DNA of 64,000 nucleotides. Source: Mobula hypostoma. Taxonomy: Eukaryota. Below, piece by piece: positions 48,410 through 60,385 of the stretch (the stretch's first letter is position 1; each line of letters starts with the position of its first letter). The notes beneath the pieces are model-generated. The model was not told the DNA's origin and made no database searches. It saw only the letters and a list, made by a program, of their open reading frames with translations. The DNA is taken from the NCBI RefSeq assembly GCF_963921235.1, contig NC_086097.1, positions 249,614,001-249,678,000 on the forward strand, given 5' to 3'. The position numbers and the translations under genes are program-made.

Positions 48410-49270
48410 CCATAAGACATGGAGCTTTGAGCAGCAGCCAATCTGGACAGTGGAGGTTTGGAGAGGAGGGGATTTCAATCAGGTCCTCTGCCTGAGTGTA
48501 AAAGGCAGGAGCGGTCCTTGGCAGTGTAATAAAGCTTCGACAAGCAGCCGATCTGCATTTGGGATTAATTAGTGAGGGCGAATTAAAGGAAGGCAGGGGC
48601 ACGTGCAGCAGACACTGTCAGAGTGGATTTAGTTCTTCAAGGCTTAGAGAAAGTAAAGGAAAGAAATGTTCATCTTTCATTCTCTTCTTTATATCTGCTC
48701 AGCTAGGTAGAGATGTCAGTCAGGATAGTGCAATGTTCCTCTTGCGGGATGTGGGAAGGCAGGGAGCCCTTCAGTGTCCCTGACCACTACAACCGTGAGA
48801 GATGCATCCAGCTGCAGCTTCTAACAATCTGTAAAGGCGTTGGAGCTGGAACCGGATGAACTCTGGATCAGTGGGGGGGTTGAAGGGCTGACAGACAGGA
48901 TATACAGAGAGGTGGTTACACCCAAGGTGCAGGACACAGGAGACTGGGTGACAGTCAGGAAGGGGAAATGGGTTAAGAACCCAGTGCAAGTACCCCTGTG
49001 GCCATCCCTCTCAACAACAGGCATATCACTGTGGATACTGTCATGGGGAATGAGCTAACAGAGGAAAGTCACAGTAGTCGGGTCTCTGGCACTTAGTCTG
49101 CCTTTGTGACTCAGGTAGCAAGGGGGAAGAAGAGGCGTGCTGTGGCGATAGGGGATTTGTTGGTTAGGGGAATGGGCAGGAGGTCCTGGTGGATGAGAAC
49201 AAAATTCCGGGACGGTATGTTGCCTCCCAGGTGCCAGAGTCTGGGATACCTGAGATCAAATCCTCAGCAT
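48410..49270 (+). mobile_element. CR1 5'UTR/ORF1 fragment
   Basis: CSSCGMWE-like zinc finger, ELEPDELW...WVTVRKGK and an esterase AIGDL motif. Confidence 0.85.
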
Positions 49271-49902
49271 TCGTCCGGGTGAGGGTAAACAGGAAGGGGG
49301 TCAGTACAGTCCCCTGTGGGTCCCCAGTGCTGCTAATCGCCATGTCTGACCCACAGCTCTGAAGCCGCACAAACTGTGGTCTGGTTGTCCATTCTCCAGG
49401 ATACAATGGAAGTCCCAGACTGCACTGAACAGAGCTTTTCCCCAGCCATGAGGCTTGTATGGTATTGATGGCATTTGAGAAATCAGAAAACATAATCCTC
49501 AATGTGCTGCCTTGCTTATCCAGACAGGAGTAGGCTCTGTTCTGCAGGAAGATGACACCATCGTCAACCCCAATGCAAAGTCTTCACAAACTTTTTCTTG
49601 TAACTATACCTATGCAACTCGCTCTTAAGTGTTAAAATCGAACCCACACACATCTCTTCCATTGGCAGCTTGTTTCACACTCTCACCGCCCTCTGATCGA
49701 AGAAGCTCGCCCTCAGGTTCCCCTTAAATATTTCACATTTTATTTTCCACCTTGGCATCTCCTCCCTTGGGCAGCTCCAACAGGCGACACCACGGCATGC
49801 TCAGGGAAGGAGATGCCAGGGAGGTGCAGGAGAGAGCAGGCACCTCTGTGGAATCTGTACTGGGTTGGGAGGTCTGGCCCCTCCTGTGGGTGCTGCCCTC
49901 CG

Positions 49903-49904
<2 letters not shown>

Positions 49905-49950
<46 letters not shown>
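49905..49950. repeat. (GT)n microsatellite
   Basis: About 23 perfect GT units. Confidence 0.97.
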
Positions 49951-49955
<5 letters not shown>

Positions 49956-50123
49956 CAGTGCTGCCCTCCAGTGTTTGCTCAGTGAAAGAACAATCTGGAC
50001 TAGGACAATTTACCGTCAATACACAGTCATGCTACTCAGGAACTTGGGCTATATTATTTATTTCCTTGTGATTATATGTTGTTCTACTATCGTAACTATA
50101 GCACACATGTGTGCTATGTGCAC

Positions 50124-50577
50124 ACAAAATAATCTGCAGATGCTGAGGTCAAAGTAACACTCACAACACGCTGGAGGAACTCAGCAGGTCAGGCAGCATC
50201 CGTGGAAACAATCAGTCAACGTTTCAGGCCAGAACCCTTCGTCAGGACTGTAGAGGGAAGGGGCAGAGGCCCTATAAAGAAGGTGGGGGGAGGGTGGGAA
50301 GGAGAAGGCTGGTAGGTTCCAGGTGAAAAACCAGTAAGGGGAAAGATAAAGGGGTGGTGGAGGGGAAGCAGGGAGGGGATAGGCAGGAAAGGTGAAGAAA
50401 GAATAGGGGAAAACACAATGGGTAGTAGAAGGAGGCGGAACCATGAGGGAGGTGATAGGCAGCTGGGGGAGGGTGCAGAGTGAAATAGGGATAGAGCAAG
50501 GGAGGGGGAGGGAATTACTGAAAGTTGGAATGCTGCTCGACTTGCTGAGTTCCTCCAGCGTGTTGTGAGTGTTGCTT
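50124..50577 (-). mobile_element. Fold-back Penelope pLTR insertion (second subfamily)
   Basis: Inverted ends cactcacaacacgctggaggaactcagc / gctgagttcctccagcgtgttgtgagtg. 14-bp TSD tgtgctatgtgcac (50110-50123 and 50578-50591). Confidence 0.88.
50213..50250 (-). ncRNA. Minimal hammerhead ribozyme with an intact core
   Basis: CAGTC-CTGACGA-AGG-GTTCTGG-CCT-GAAA-CGTT-GACTG: 5-bp helix I, palindromic ACGT helix III and a GUU triplet. Confidence 0.8.
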
Positions 50578-50607
50578 TGTGCTATGTGCACTGTGCAGTT
50601 GGTTGTC

Positions 50608-51030
50608 AAATTTCAAAAGCTCAAAGTTCAAAGTAGATATATGTCGCCATGAACAACCCCGAGATTTATTCTCTTGGAGGCATACTCAGAAAATGCAATA
50701 ACCATATTAGAATCAGTGAGAGACAACACCAACAGGGCAGAGGACCGGTGTGCAAAAGACAACAAGCAATGCAAATACAAAAAGAAAAAAAAGAAATAAT
50801 AATAATATATAAGCAATATATATGGAGAACATGAGGTGAAGATTCCTTGAAAGTGAGTCCATAGGTTGTGGGAACAGTTCAGTGTTGGGGCGAGTGAAGA
50901 TGAGTGAAGATTGGTTCGAGAGCCTGATGATTGAGGGGTAATAACTGTTCCTGAACTTGGTGGTGTGAGTCCTCGGACTCCTGTTCCTTCTACCTGATGG
51001 CAAAACCCACAGCAACACAGCTTCCCTGAT
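50608..51030 (-). mobile_element. Rex1/Babar 3' tail
   Basis: LPSGRRNRSPRTHTTKFRNSYYPSIIRL with a (CTTTGA)n-like tail. Confidence 0.8.
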
Positions 51031-51524
51031 GTTGGTCTCTCCAATGAACCAGTGAAGTGGGCTTGCAGGATTCCACGTTACCAATGCCTAAATGGGTCTT
51101 GCGATCACAATAAAAAATTCAAGATAATCACTCGCTGTGTTTGTTGGACTGCATGCCGTCTCAGCACAACAGTATGTAACAAGTTCAGGTAATAACACAT
51201 CGATAAGTCCAGCTCCATGTGCTGGTGGAATAGTCGTCCAGCATTTAATGTGCTTAGTACCCAGCAGTGACTTTGTGATTGTAAAAACAACGAGAAGAAT
51301 GCACAATTGATTGGACGCAGGGAGGCATCTTACTGAAAGTCTACCACAAGCTGCTGCATATGCGATCTGTCAAAAAGACTTTGCTTCCTTCTGACACTCT
51401 GCCTGTTTACTTCGTGATTTGGAGCGACCTGTTGACTCTTCTTCAGTAATGGATCCCAGCATTCCCTAACAATTGTTTGCAGATAAGCTGCCTTGTGGTT
51501 CTTTGTTACTTTCTTTGATCTCAG

Positions 51525-51694
51525 TGCTGTCTGACGACGAGGCAATAATCATAGGAAATCCCAAAACGGAAAGTTCTAAGAAATGACTCAAGTCATGTGA
51601 CTCTCAGGCAAATTGCCTTGGCTTCGTGATAACACTGTCGTCTCCAAACCCCTTTGAGATTTGGGCATGTAGCTCGTGCTGAGAACTGAACATG
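51525..51694 (+). other. Candidate 170-bp exon ending in ATG
   Basis: Strong acceptor ctttgttactttctttgatctcag| and donor aacATG|gtgaga within a ~700-bp repeat-free island. Confidence 0.4.
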
Positions 51695-52047
51695 GTGAGA
51701 GCAGCTTTCCTTCACCTGATACTCGAATTGATTTTCCACTCTGTTACTCATGTACCACATGGCCCAGGAGCAGAATGAGACCACTCGGCCCATTGAGGCT
51801 GCTCCACCATTCACTCATGGCTGACTTATTATCCCTCTCAACTCCCTACTCCCCATATCCTTTGATGCCCTATCAAATTCTGCTTTGAATTTATTTACTT
51901 TTCTAGCTATCTCTCTACTTGTTTATTTATTTATTTATCTATCTCTCTGTTTATTTAATTTATATATTGATTGAGAATAGACCCTTCTGGCCCTTCATGC
52001 CATGTAGCCCAGCAGCTCCAATTTAACCCTAGCCTAATCAAGTGGTG

Positions 52048-52367
52048 TGTGAGCACGCGGCCAAGTGGTTAAGGCATTGGACTAGTGACCTGAAGGTCGT
52101 GAGTTCAAGCCCCAGCCGAGCAAACATGTTGTGTCCTTGAGCAAGGCACTTAATCACACATTGCTCTGTGACGACGCTGGTGCCAAGCTGTACAGGTCCT
52201 AGTGCCCTTCCCTTGGACAACATTGGTGTCGTGGAGAGGGGAGACTTGCAGCATGGGCAACTGCTGGTCTTCCATACAACCTTGCCCAGGCTTGCGCCCT
52301 GGAGAGTGAAGACTTTCCAGGCGCAGATCCATGGTCTCACAAGACTAATGGATGCCTTTAAATTTTA
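52048..52367 (+). mobile_element. tRNA-CORE SINE with an RTE-like 3' part, inserted in a V-SINE
   Basis: A/B boxes (ggccaagtgg, gttcaagcc) and CORE-like tgtgtccttgagcaaggcacttaa. 12-bp TSD aatcaagtggtg (52036-52047 and 52368-52379). Confidence 0.8.
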
Positions 52368-52864
52368 AATCAAGTGGTGATTTACAATGACCAATTGACC
52401 TACTGACCAGTATGCCTTTCGACTGTGGGAGGAAATCAGAGCACCTAGAGAAAACACATGCATCCCATGGGGAGGATGTATAGACTCCCTACAGATGGTG
52501 TCAGATTTGAACTCCGAACTTCAATGCCCTGAGCACACCAACTACCATGCTACTGTGGTACCAAATGAATTAGGCTCCACAGCCATCTATAGTAATGAAT
52601 TCCAGAAATTTACTGTCGTCTAGCTAAAGAAATTCCACCTCATCTCTGTTCTAACGGGACATCCTTCTCTTCTCAGGCTGTGCCCTCTGATCCGAGATTC
52701 CGAGTCTCCTGCACTGAATATTTACCGGGGATTATGCAAACATACACTTTATCAGGTACACCAGTACACCTGCTCATTAATGCAAATATCTAATCAACCA
52801 GTCGTGTAGTAGCAACTCAATGCACAAAAGCACGCCGACATGGTCAAGAGGTTCAGTTGTTTGG

Positions 52865-55040
52865 GGAGGCAGGCAGACAGCTGAGAAACAGGACCTTCAG
52901 GATAGTAATCGCTGGATTGCTGACTGTGCCACATGTCAGTGAGGATGAGAATAGCATGTGTTGGTAGGTGAATGCGTGGCTGAGGAAAGGGCGCATGGGG
53001 CAGGGGTTCAGATTTCTGGATCATTGGGATCGCTTCTGAGGAAGGTGTGACCTGTACAAAGGGGATGGGTTACACCTCAACCCGAGGGGGACCAATATCC
53101 TTGCAGGCAGGTTGGCTGGAGTTGTTTGGGTGGGTTTACACTAATTTGGCATGGGGATGGGAACTGGAGTGACAGTGTTGAAGATGAGGTAGTTGGTTTA
53201 CAAACAGAGGCAATGGGTAGTGACGCTTCTAGCAAGGAGAGGCTGATGAGAGGGCAAAATTGAGTCAACAGGATGAGTTGCAACGTGAAAGATGGACAAA
53301 ATCAAAAAGGGTGCATGCTGGACTGAAGGTGTTATATTTGAATGTATGCAGTATACGGACTAAAGGAGATGAACTTGTAGCACAGTTACAGATCGGCGTG
53401 TATGATGTTGTAGCTATCACAGAATCATGGCCGAAAAAAGATTATAGCTGGCAGCTTAATGTCCAAAGATACAAATTGTATCAAAAGGACAGCAGGAAGT
53501 CAAGAGTTGGTGTGGCTCTGTTGGTAAAAATATGAAATTAAAAAGAGATAACATAGCGTCGGAAGGTGTTGAATCGTTGTGGATAAAATTAAGGAACTGC
53601 AAGGATAAAAAGACCCTGATGGGAGTTATATACAGACCCCCAAACAGCAGTAAGGATGTGGTCTACAAATTACAATGGGAGATAGAAAATGCAAGCTAAA
53701 AGGGCAATGTCACAACAGTCATGGGAAATTTCAATCTGCAGGTAGATTGGGAAAATCAGGTTGGTGTTGAATTCCAAGAGTTGGTATTTCTAGAAAGCCT
53801 ATGAGTTGACATTTTAGAGCAGCTTGTGGTTGAGTCCACTAGGGGATCAACTATTCTGGATTAGGTATTGTGCAATGAACCAGAATTGATTAGAGAGCTT
53901 CAGGTAAAGAAACCCCTAAGGGTAAGTCATCATAATATGATTGAATTCACTCTGAAATTTGAGAAGGAGAAGCTAAAGTCATATGTATCAGTATTACAGT
54001 GGAGTGAAGGGAACTACAGAGGCATAAGAAAGGAGTTGGTCAGAATTGATTGGAAAAGAACACTGGCAGGGATGATGGCAGAACAACAATGGCTGGAATT
54101 TCCGGAAGCAATTCATAAAGGCATGGGATATCCACATCCCAAAGAGGAAGAAGTGTGTACGTCAGTAGCCCAGTTCTTGTAGTTATCCTACTGGGTAACA
54201 CACACAAAATGGGGGAGGAACTCCGCAGGCCAGGCAGCATCTATGGATAAAAGCACAGTCAACATTTTGGGCCAAAATGCTGAGTTCCTCCAGCATTTTG
54301 TGTGTGTTGCTCAGATTTCCAGCATCTGCAGATTTTCTCTTGTTTGTGATCTATCCTACTGGGTGTCCACTTGTCTTCTTGGTAATCACGTACTTCCTGC
54401 CCACCCTCAAAGCTGCTTGCTGATTCGCTTGACAACTGGCTGAACTGCACTTCCCTCCATAGATCTGGTTTCAGGAGGTCTATGCAAGATCTCCGATTCC
54501 TGCTCATGAATGAGTGTGTGCGTGTGCGTGTGTGTGAGAGAGAGAGAGAGAGAGAAACAATGTGTGTGTGTAGACAACAGATCATACGTAGTGATAAGGG
54601 GAGTCATTACTCTAAAAGAAATAGATCCATACATTACAGCAGACAAACTGAATAAGTATTTTGCATCAGGCTTCACTGTGGAAGACATCAGCAGTATGAT
54701 GAAAGTTCCCGGTGTCAGGGGTCATGACGTGTATGAAATTACCACTACTAGGGAGTAGGTTCTTGGGAAACTGAAAGGTCTGAAGGTAGATAAGTCATCT
54801 GGACCAGATGGTGTACACCCCAGAGTTCTGAAAGAGGTGGCTAAAGAGAGAGAGGCAGAAGAATGGAAATGATCGGCCAGTTAGTCTGACCTGAGTAGTT
54901 GGGAAGATGTTGGAATCGATTGTCAAGGATGTGGTTTCGGTGTACTTGAAGGTACATGATAAAATAGGCTGTAGTTAGCATGACTTCCTGAAGGGAAAAT
55001 CTTGCCTGATAAACCTATTAGAATTCTTTGAAGAAATAAC
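52865..55040 (+). mobile_element. CR1 fragments (esterase end, APE, RT start) interrupted by other sequence
   Basis: YLNVCSIR..VVAITESW, SHHNMIEF, ADKLNKYFASGFT and NLLEFFEEIT. Confidence 0.85.
54197..54351. mobile_element. Minimal fold-back Penelope pLTR insertion
   Basis: Inverted pLTR ends with a 13-bp TSD tatcctactgggt (54184-54196 and 54352-54364). Confidence 0.85.
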
Positions 55041-55094
55041 ATTATTCTTCTTAGGCACTGGTATAATTGTTGCATTTTTGAAGCAAGTGGGAAC

Positions 55095-55468
55095 CATAGA
55101 AACCATATAACCATAGAAACTACAGCACAGAAACAGGCCCTTTGGCCCTTCTTGGCTGTGCCGAACCATTTTCTGCCTAGACCTGCACACGGACCATATC
55201 CCTCCATACACCTCCCATCCATGTATCTGTCCAATTTATTCTTAAATGTTAAAAAAGAACCAGCATTTACCACCTCGTCTGGCAGCTCATTCCATACTCC
55301 CACCACTGTCTGTGTGAAGAAGCCCCCCCAATGTTTCCTTTAAACTTTTCCCCCCTCACCCTTAACCCGTGTCCTCTGGTTTTTTTCTCCCCTTGCCTCA
55401 GTGGAAAAAGCCTGCTTGCATTCACTCTATCTATACCCATCATAATTTTATATACCTCTATCAAATCT
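55095..55468 (-). mobile_element. Young CR1 3' end (same subfamily as 36044-37778)
   Basis: Near-identical reverse complement of 37397-37777. Confidence 0.92.
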
Positions 55469-56545
55469 CTGTCAACTGTAAATTGTGCAAATACGGATAT
55501 AAATAAATAGCAATAAATAACGAGCATGAAATAGCAATGCAATAGGGTTCTTAAACGAGTGTAGCTATCCCCGTCTGTTCAAGAGCCCGATGGTTGAGGA
55601 GTAGTAACTGTTTCTGAACCTGGTGGTGTAAGTCCTGAGGCAAGTACCTTCTACCTGATGGCAGCAGCGAGAAGAGAGCATGGCCTGGATCGTAGCAGTG
55701 AGAGGTTGAAAATGTCCTTGAATACTCCTGCCAGTTGGTTGGCACAGGTTTTCAGAGCCTGACCAGGTACTCCATCGGGACCTTCCACCTTGCAAGGGTT
55801 CACTCTCTTTAAATACAGTCTAACATCGGCCTCTGAGACAGAGATCACAGGGTCACCGGGTGCAGCAGGGATCTTCACAGCTGTAGTTGTGTTCTCCCTT
55901 TCAAAGCACGCGTAGAAGGCGATGAGTTCATCTGGTAGTGAAGCATCGCTGCCATTCATGCTATTGGGTTTTGCTTTGTAGGAAGTAATGTCCTGCAAAC
56001 CCTGCCAGGGTTGTCATACATCCAATGTTGCCTCCAACCTCATTCGAAATTGTCTTTTCGCCCTTGAAAAAGCCCTTTGCAAGCCTTACATGGTTTTCCG
56101 ATACAGACCTGGGTTGCCAGACTTGAAAACCCTCCCAGCCATTGAGAACATCTACATGAAACATTGCCGTAGAAAAGCAGCATCTGTCATCAAAGATCCT
56201 CACGATCCAGGCCATGCTCTCTCCTCGCTGCTGCCATCAGGTAGAAGGTACAGAAGCCTCAGGACTTAGACCACCAGGTTCAGAAACAGTTACTACTCCT
56301 CAACCATCGGGCTCTTGAACAGACGGGGATAGCTACACTCGTTTAAGAACCCTATTGCATTGCTATTTCATGCTCGTTATTTATTGCTATTTATTTATAT
56401 CTGCATTTGCACAATTTACAGTTGACAGTTCCTGATGTTTACAGTTACTGTTCAATAGTTTTGCTGAGTATGCCCACAGAAAAAGAATCTCAGGGTTGTA
56501 TGTGGTCATATGTATGATAATAAATTTTACTTTGAACTTTGAAAG
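55469..56545. mobile_element. Rex1/Babar element with a 5' inversion and an inverted duplication of its 3' region
   Basis: Minus-strand RT piece (GPDGVPGQALKTCANQLAGVFKDIFNLSL) at 55694-56128 and plus-strand 3' end at 56129-56545. Inverted arms are 55469-55693 and 56202-56428. Confidence 0.85.
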
Positions 56546-56804
56546 GCTTAATTCAGCTCCAATATCTTATGACTATAGCCTGATATAGCCTGACAGATAG
56601 CCTGCTGAGTTCCTCCAGCATTTTGTGTGTGTTGCTTGAATTTCCAGCATCTGCAGATTTTCCCTTGTTTATGTATTTAATTTTTTGTTTTGCTTATCTC
56701 ATTTTCATCTTTCAATTGCCAGCAGCAATGAGATTTTCAACTGCAACTTAAGCCACTACAACTGGAATTCCTTTATTTTATGATCAAACCAACTCTGTCC
56801 AACT

Positions 56805-57289
56805 CTGTCTGGTATGGAGGGGCCACTGCACAGAACTGAAAGAAGCTGCAGAAGATTGTAAATCTAGTCAGCTCCATCTTGGGCACTAGCCTACAAAGTA
56901 CCCAGGACATCTTTAGGGAGCGGTGTCTCAGAAAGGCAGCGTCCATTATTAAGGACCTCCAGCACCCAGGGCATGCCCTTTTCTCACCGTTACCATCAGA
57001 GAGGAGGTACAGAAGCCTGAAGGCACACACTCAGCGATTCAGGAACAGCTTCTTCCCCTCTGCCATCTGATTCATAAATGGAATTGAATGTTTGGACACT
57101 ACCTCACTTTTTTTAATATATAGTATTTCTGTTTTTGCACTTTTAAAATATACATAATTGATTTACTTGTTTATTTATTATTATTATTATTATTTTCTGC
57201 TAGATTATGTATTGCATTGAACTGCTGCTGTTAAGTTAACAAATTTCACGTCACATGCCGGTGATAATCAATCTGATTCTGATCCTGAT
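56805..57289 (+). mobile_element. Rex1/Babar 3' fragment
   Basis: TSLQSTQDIFRERCLRKAASIIKD...RFRNSFFPSAI with a (CTGATT)n tail. Confidence 0.88.
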
Positions 57290-57324
57290 CTTTCGGTAAT
57301 GTATAAAAAACTGTGGCGAGCTGC

Positions 57325-57354
57325 TGCACTGATTAGATGCCACTAGGTGGCGCC
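57325..57354 (+). promoter_or_regulatory. CTCF binding site (core plus upstream motif)
   Basis: TGCACTGATTAGATG-CCACTAGGTGGCGC: a near-consensus core with a TGCA(C/G)T upstream module 10 nt before CCAC. Confidence 0.75.
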
Positions 57355-57392
57355 AATGCATTGCGTAAACGTTTCAAGACGTTCGATTAAAT

Positions 57393-58550
57393 ATCAGACT
57401 CAGGTTTATTCTCACCGGCATGTGACGTGAATTTTGCTAGTTTAGCAGCAGCAGTTCAATGTAATACATAATCTAACAGAGAGAGAGAAAAAAATAATAA
57501 ATAAAATAAAACATAATAAATAAACAAGTGAATCAATTATGTATGTTGAATAGATTATTAAAGAAAATGTGCAAAAACTGAAATTCTGTATATTAAAAAA
57601 AGTGAGGTAGTGTTCAAAGCTTCAATGTCCATTTAGGAATCGGATGGCAGAGGGGAAGAAGCTGTTCCTGAATCGCTGAGTGTGTGCCTTCAGGTTTCTG
57701 TATCTCCTTCCTGATGGTAACAGTGAGAAAAGGGCATGTCCTGGGTGCTGGAGGTCCTTCATAATGGGTGCTGCCTTTCTGAGACACTGCTCCCTGAAGA
57801 TGTCCTGGGTACTTTGTAGGCTAGTGCCCAAGATGGAGCTGGCTAGATTCACAATCTTCTGCAGCTTCTTTCGGTCCTGTTCAGCAGCCCTTCCATACCA
57901 GACAGTGATGCAGCCTGTCAGAATGCTCTCCACCGTACAACTATAGAAGTTTTTGACTGTATTTGTTGACATGCCAAATCGCTTCAAACTCCTAATAAAG
58001 TATAACCACTGTCTTGCCTTCTTTATGACTACATCGATATGTTGGGACCAGGTTAGATCCTCAGAGATCTTGACACCCAGGAACTTGAAACTGCTCACTC
58101 TCTCCACTTCTGATCCCTCTGAGGATTGGTATGTGTTCCTTCGTCTTACCCTTCCTGAAGTCCACAATCAGCTCTTTTGTCTCACTGACATTGAGTGCCA
58201 GGTTGCTGCTGTGACACCACTCCACTAGTTGGCATATCTCACTCCTGTACGCCCTCTCGTCTCCATCTGAGATTCTACCAACTATGGTCGTATCATCAAC
58301 AAATGTATAGGTGGTATTTGAGCTATGCCTGGCCCCACAGTCATGTGTATACAGAGAGTAGAGCAGTGGGCTAAGCACACAGCCCTGAGGTGCGCCAGTG
58401 TTGATTGTCAGCAAAGAGGAAATATTATCACTAATCCATCCAGACTGTGGTTAGGAAGTCAAGAATCCAATTGCAGAAGGAGGTATAGAGGCCCAGGTTC
58501 TGCAATTTCTCAATCAGGATTGTGGGAATGATGGTATTAAATGCTGAGCT
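57393..58550 (-). mobile_element. Rex1/Babar LINE 3' part
   Basis: TGAPQGCVLSPLLYSLYTHDC, FVDDTT and FKFLGVKISEDLTWS. Confidence 0.92.
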
Positions 58551-58659
58551 TTTAAATATGCAAGGTTTAGCACCACAAGAAAGATTTTGTCAAACCTACA
58601 CAAAAATCCCTCATCTATTTTAAAATGTGGTAATTTAATCGTGAGGTAACTGTGGATAT

Positions 58660-60385
58660 ATCAAAGCTCAAAGTAAATTTATTATCATATATGTATAAGT
58701 ACATATATGTCACAATATTAAATCCTGAGATTCTTTTCCTTGCGGCCATTCACAGTAAATCCAAGAAACACAATAAAATCAATAAAAGACAGCACCCCAC
58801 AGGATGGGCAAACAATCAATCTGCAAAAGATATCAAACTGTGCAAGTACAAAAGAAAAGTAGTAGGAATAATAATAATGAATAAGCAATAAATATTGAGA
58901 ACCTGAGGAGAAACGTCCTTGAGAATGCATCCATAGTTTGTGGAGGGCTCATTATGTGGTGGAACAGTTCAGTGATGAGGCAAGTGAAGTTGGTTCAAGA
59001 GCCTAATGAGGGGTAATAACTGTTCCTAGATGTGGTGTTGTTGGTCCTGAGGCTCCTGTACCTCCTTCCGAATGCCGATAGTGAGAAGACAGCATGGTCT
59101 AGGCGGTGGGGATCCTTGATGATAGATGCTGCTTTCCTGTGACAGCGCTCCGGGTAGATGTGCTCAGTGGTGGGGAGAGTTTTACCATGAAGGACTGGGC
59201 CATATCCACTGTCTTTGTAGGATTTTCAGTTCAAAGGCTTTGGTGTTTCCATACCAGGCTGCAATGCAGCATACTCTCCACTACACATCTACTGAAGCTT
59301 GTTGAAGTTTTAGATGTCATGTCAAACTTCTAAGGAAATAGAGGAGTCTGTCACACTTTATTCATAAAGGCATTTACGTGCTGGGCCCAGGACAGGTCCT
59401 GTGAGATGATAAGATGGAGGAATTGAAAGTTGCTGACCCTCTCCACCTCTGATTCCTGATGAGGACTGGCTCACAGATGTCCGGTTTCCTCCTCCTGAAC
59501 TCAATAATCTGCTCCTTGGTCTTGCTGACACCGAGTGAGAGGTTGTTGCTGTGGCACCCCTCAGCCAGATTTTCACTCTCCCTCCTGTATGCTGATTTGC
59601 CACCGACTTTGATTTGGCCTATGAAAGAGGTGTTGTCAGCAAAATTAAATATGGCATTGGAGCTGTGCGTAGTCTCAGAGTCATAAAGCCAGTAGGGCAG
59701 GGGGCTAACCACGCAGCCTTGTGATGCATCCGTGCTGAGGGAAATCGTAGGGATGTTGTTGCCAATCCGAACTGGCTGGGGACTGCAAGTGAGGAAATCG
59801 AGGATCCAATTGCACGGGGAGGTATTGAGGCCTTCTTGGAGCTTATTGATTAGTTCTGAGGGGATGAAAGTGTTGAATTCCGAGCTGTAGTCAATAAAGA
59901 GCATCCTAATGTATGCATCTTTGCTGTCCGGATTGAGTGAAGAGCCAATGAAATGACATCTGCATTGGACCTATTGGGCCGGTAGGCAAATTGGAGAGGA
60001 TCCAAGTCACTTCTCAGGCAGGAGTTAATGTGTTTCCTCACCAACCCCTCAAAGCACCTCATCACAGTGGACGTAAGTGCTACTGGACGTTAGTCATTGA
60101 GGTGGCTTGTCATGTTCTTCTTGGCTACCGGTGTAACTGAAGCCGCTTGAGTTAGTGGGTACCTCAGATTGCCGAAGGAAGGGGTTAAGGGCATCGGTGA
60201 ACATTCCAGCCAGTTGGTCAGCACAGGCCTTCAGTGTTTGGCCAGGTACCCCGCCTGGGCCGGATACTTTCCTTGGATTCACCCTCCAGAAGGCTCCTTG
60301 CACGCTGGCCTTAGACTGAAACCACAGGGTCACTGGGGGCTCAGGGAGGTTATGAAGGTCCTTCCATGTTTTGACAGTCGTAGTC
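58660..60385 (-). mobile_element. Older Rex1/Babar LINE (RT, degenerate)
   Basis: [32 protein letters not shown] and FADNT. Confidence 0.88.
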
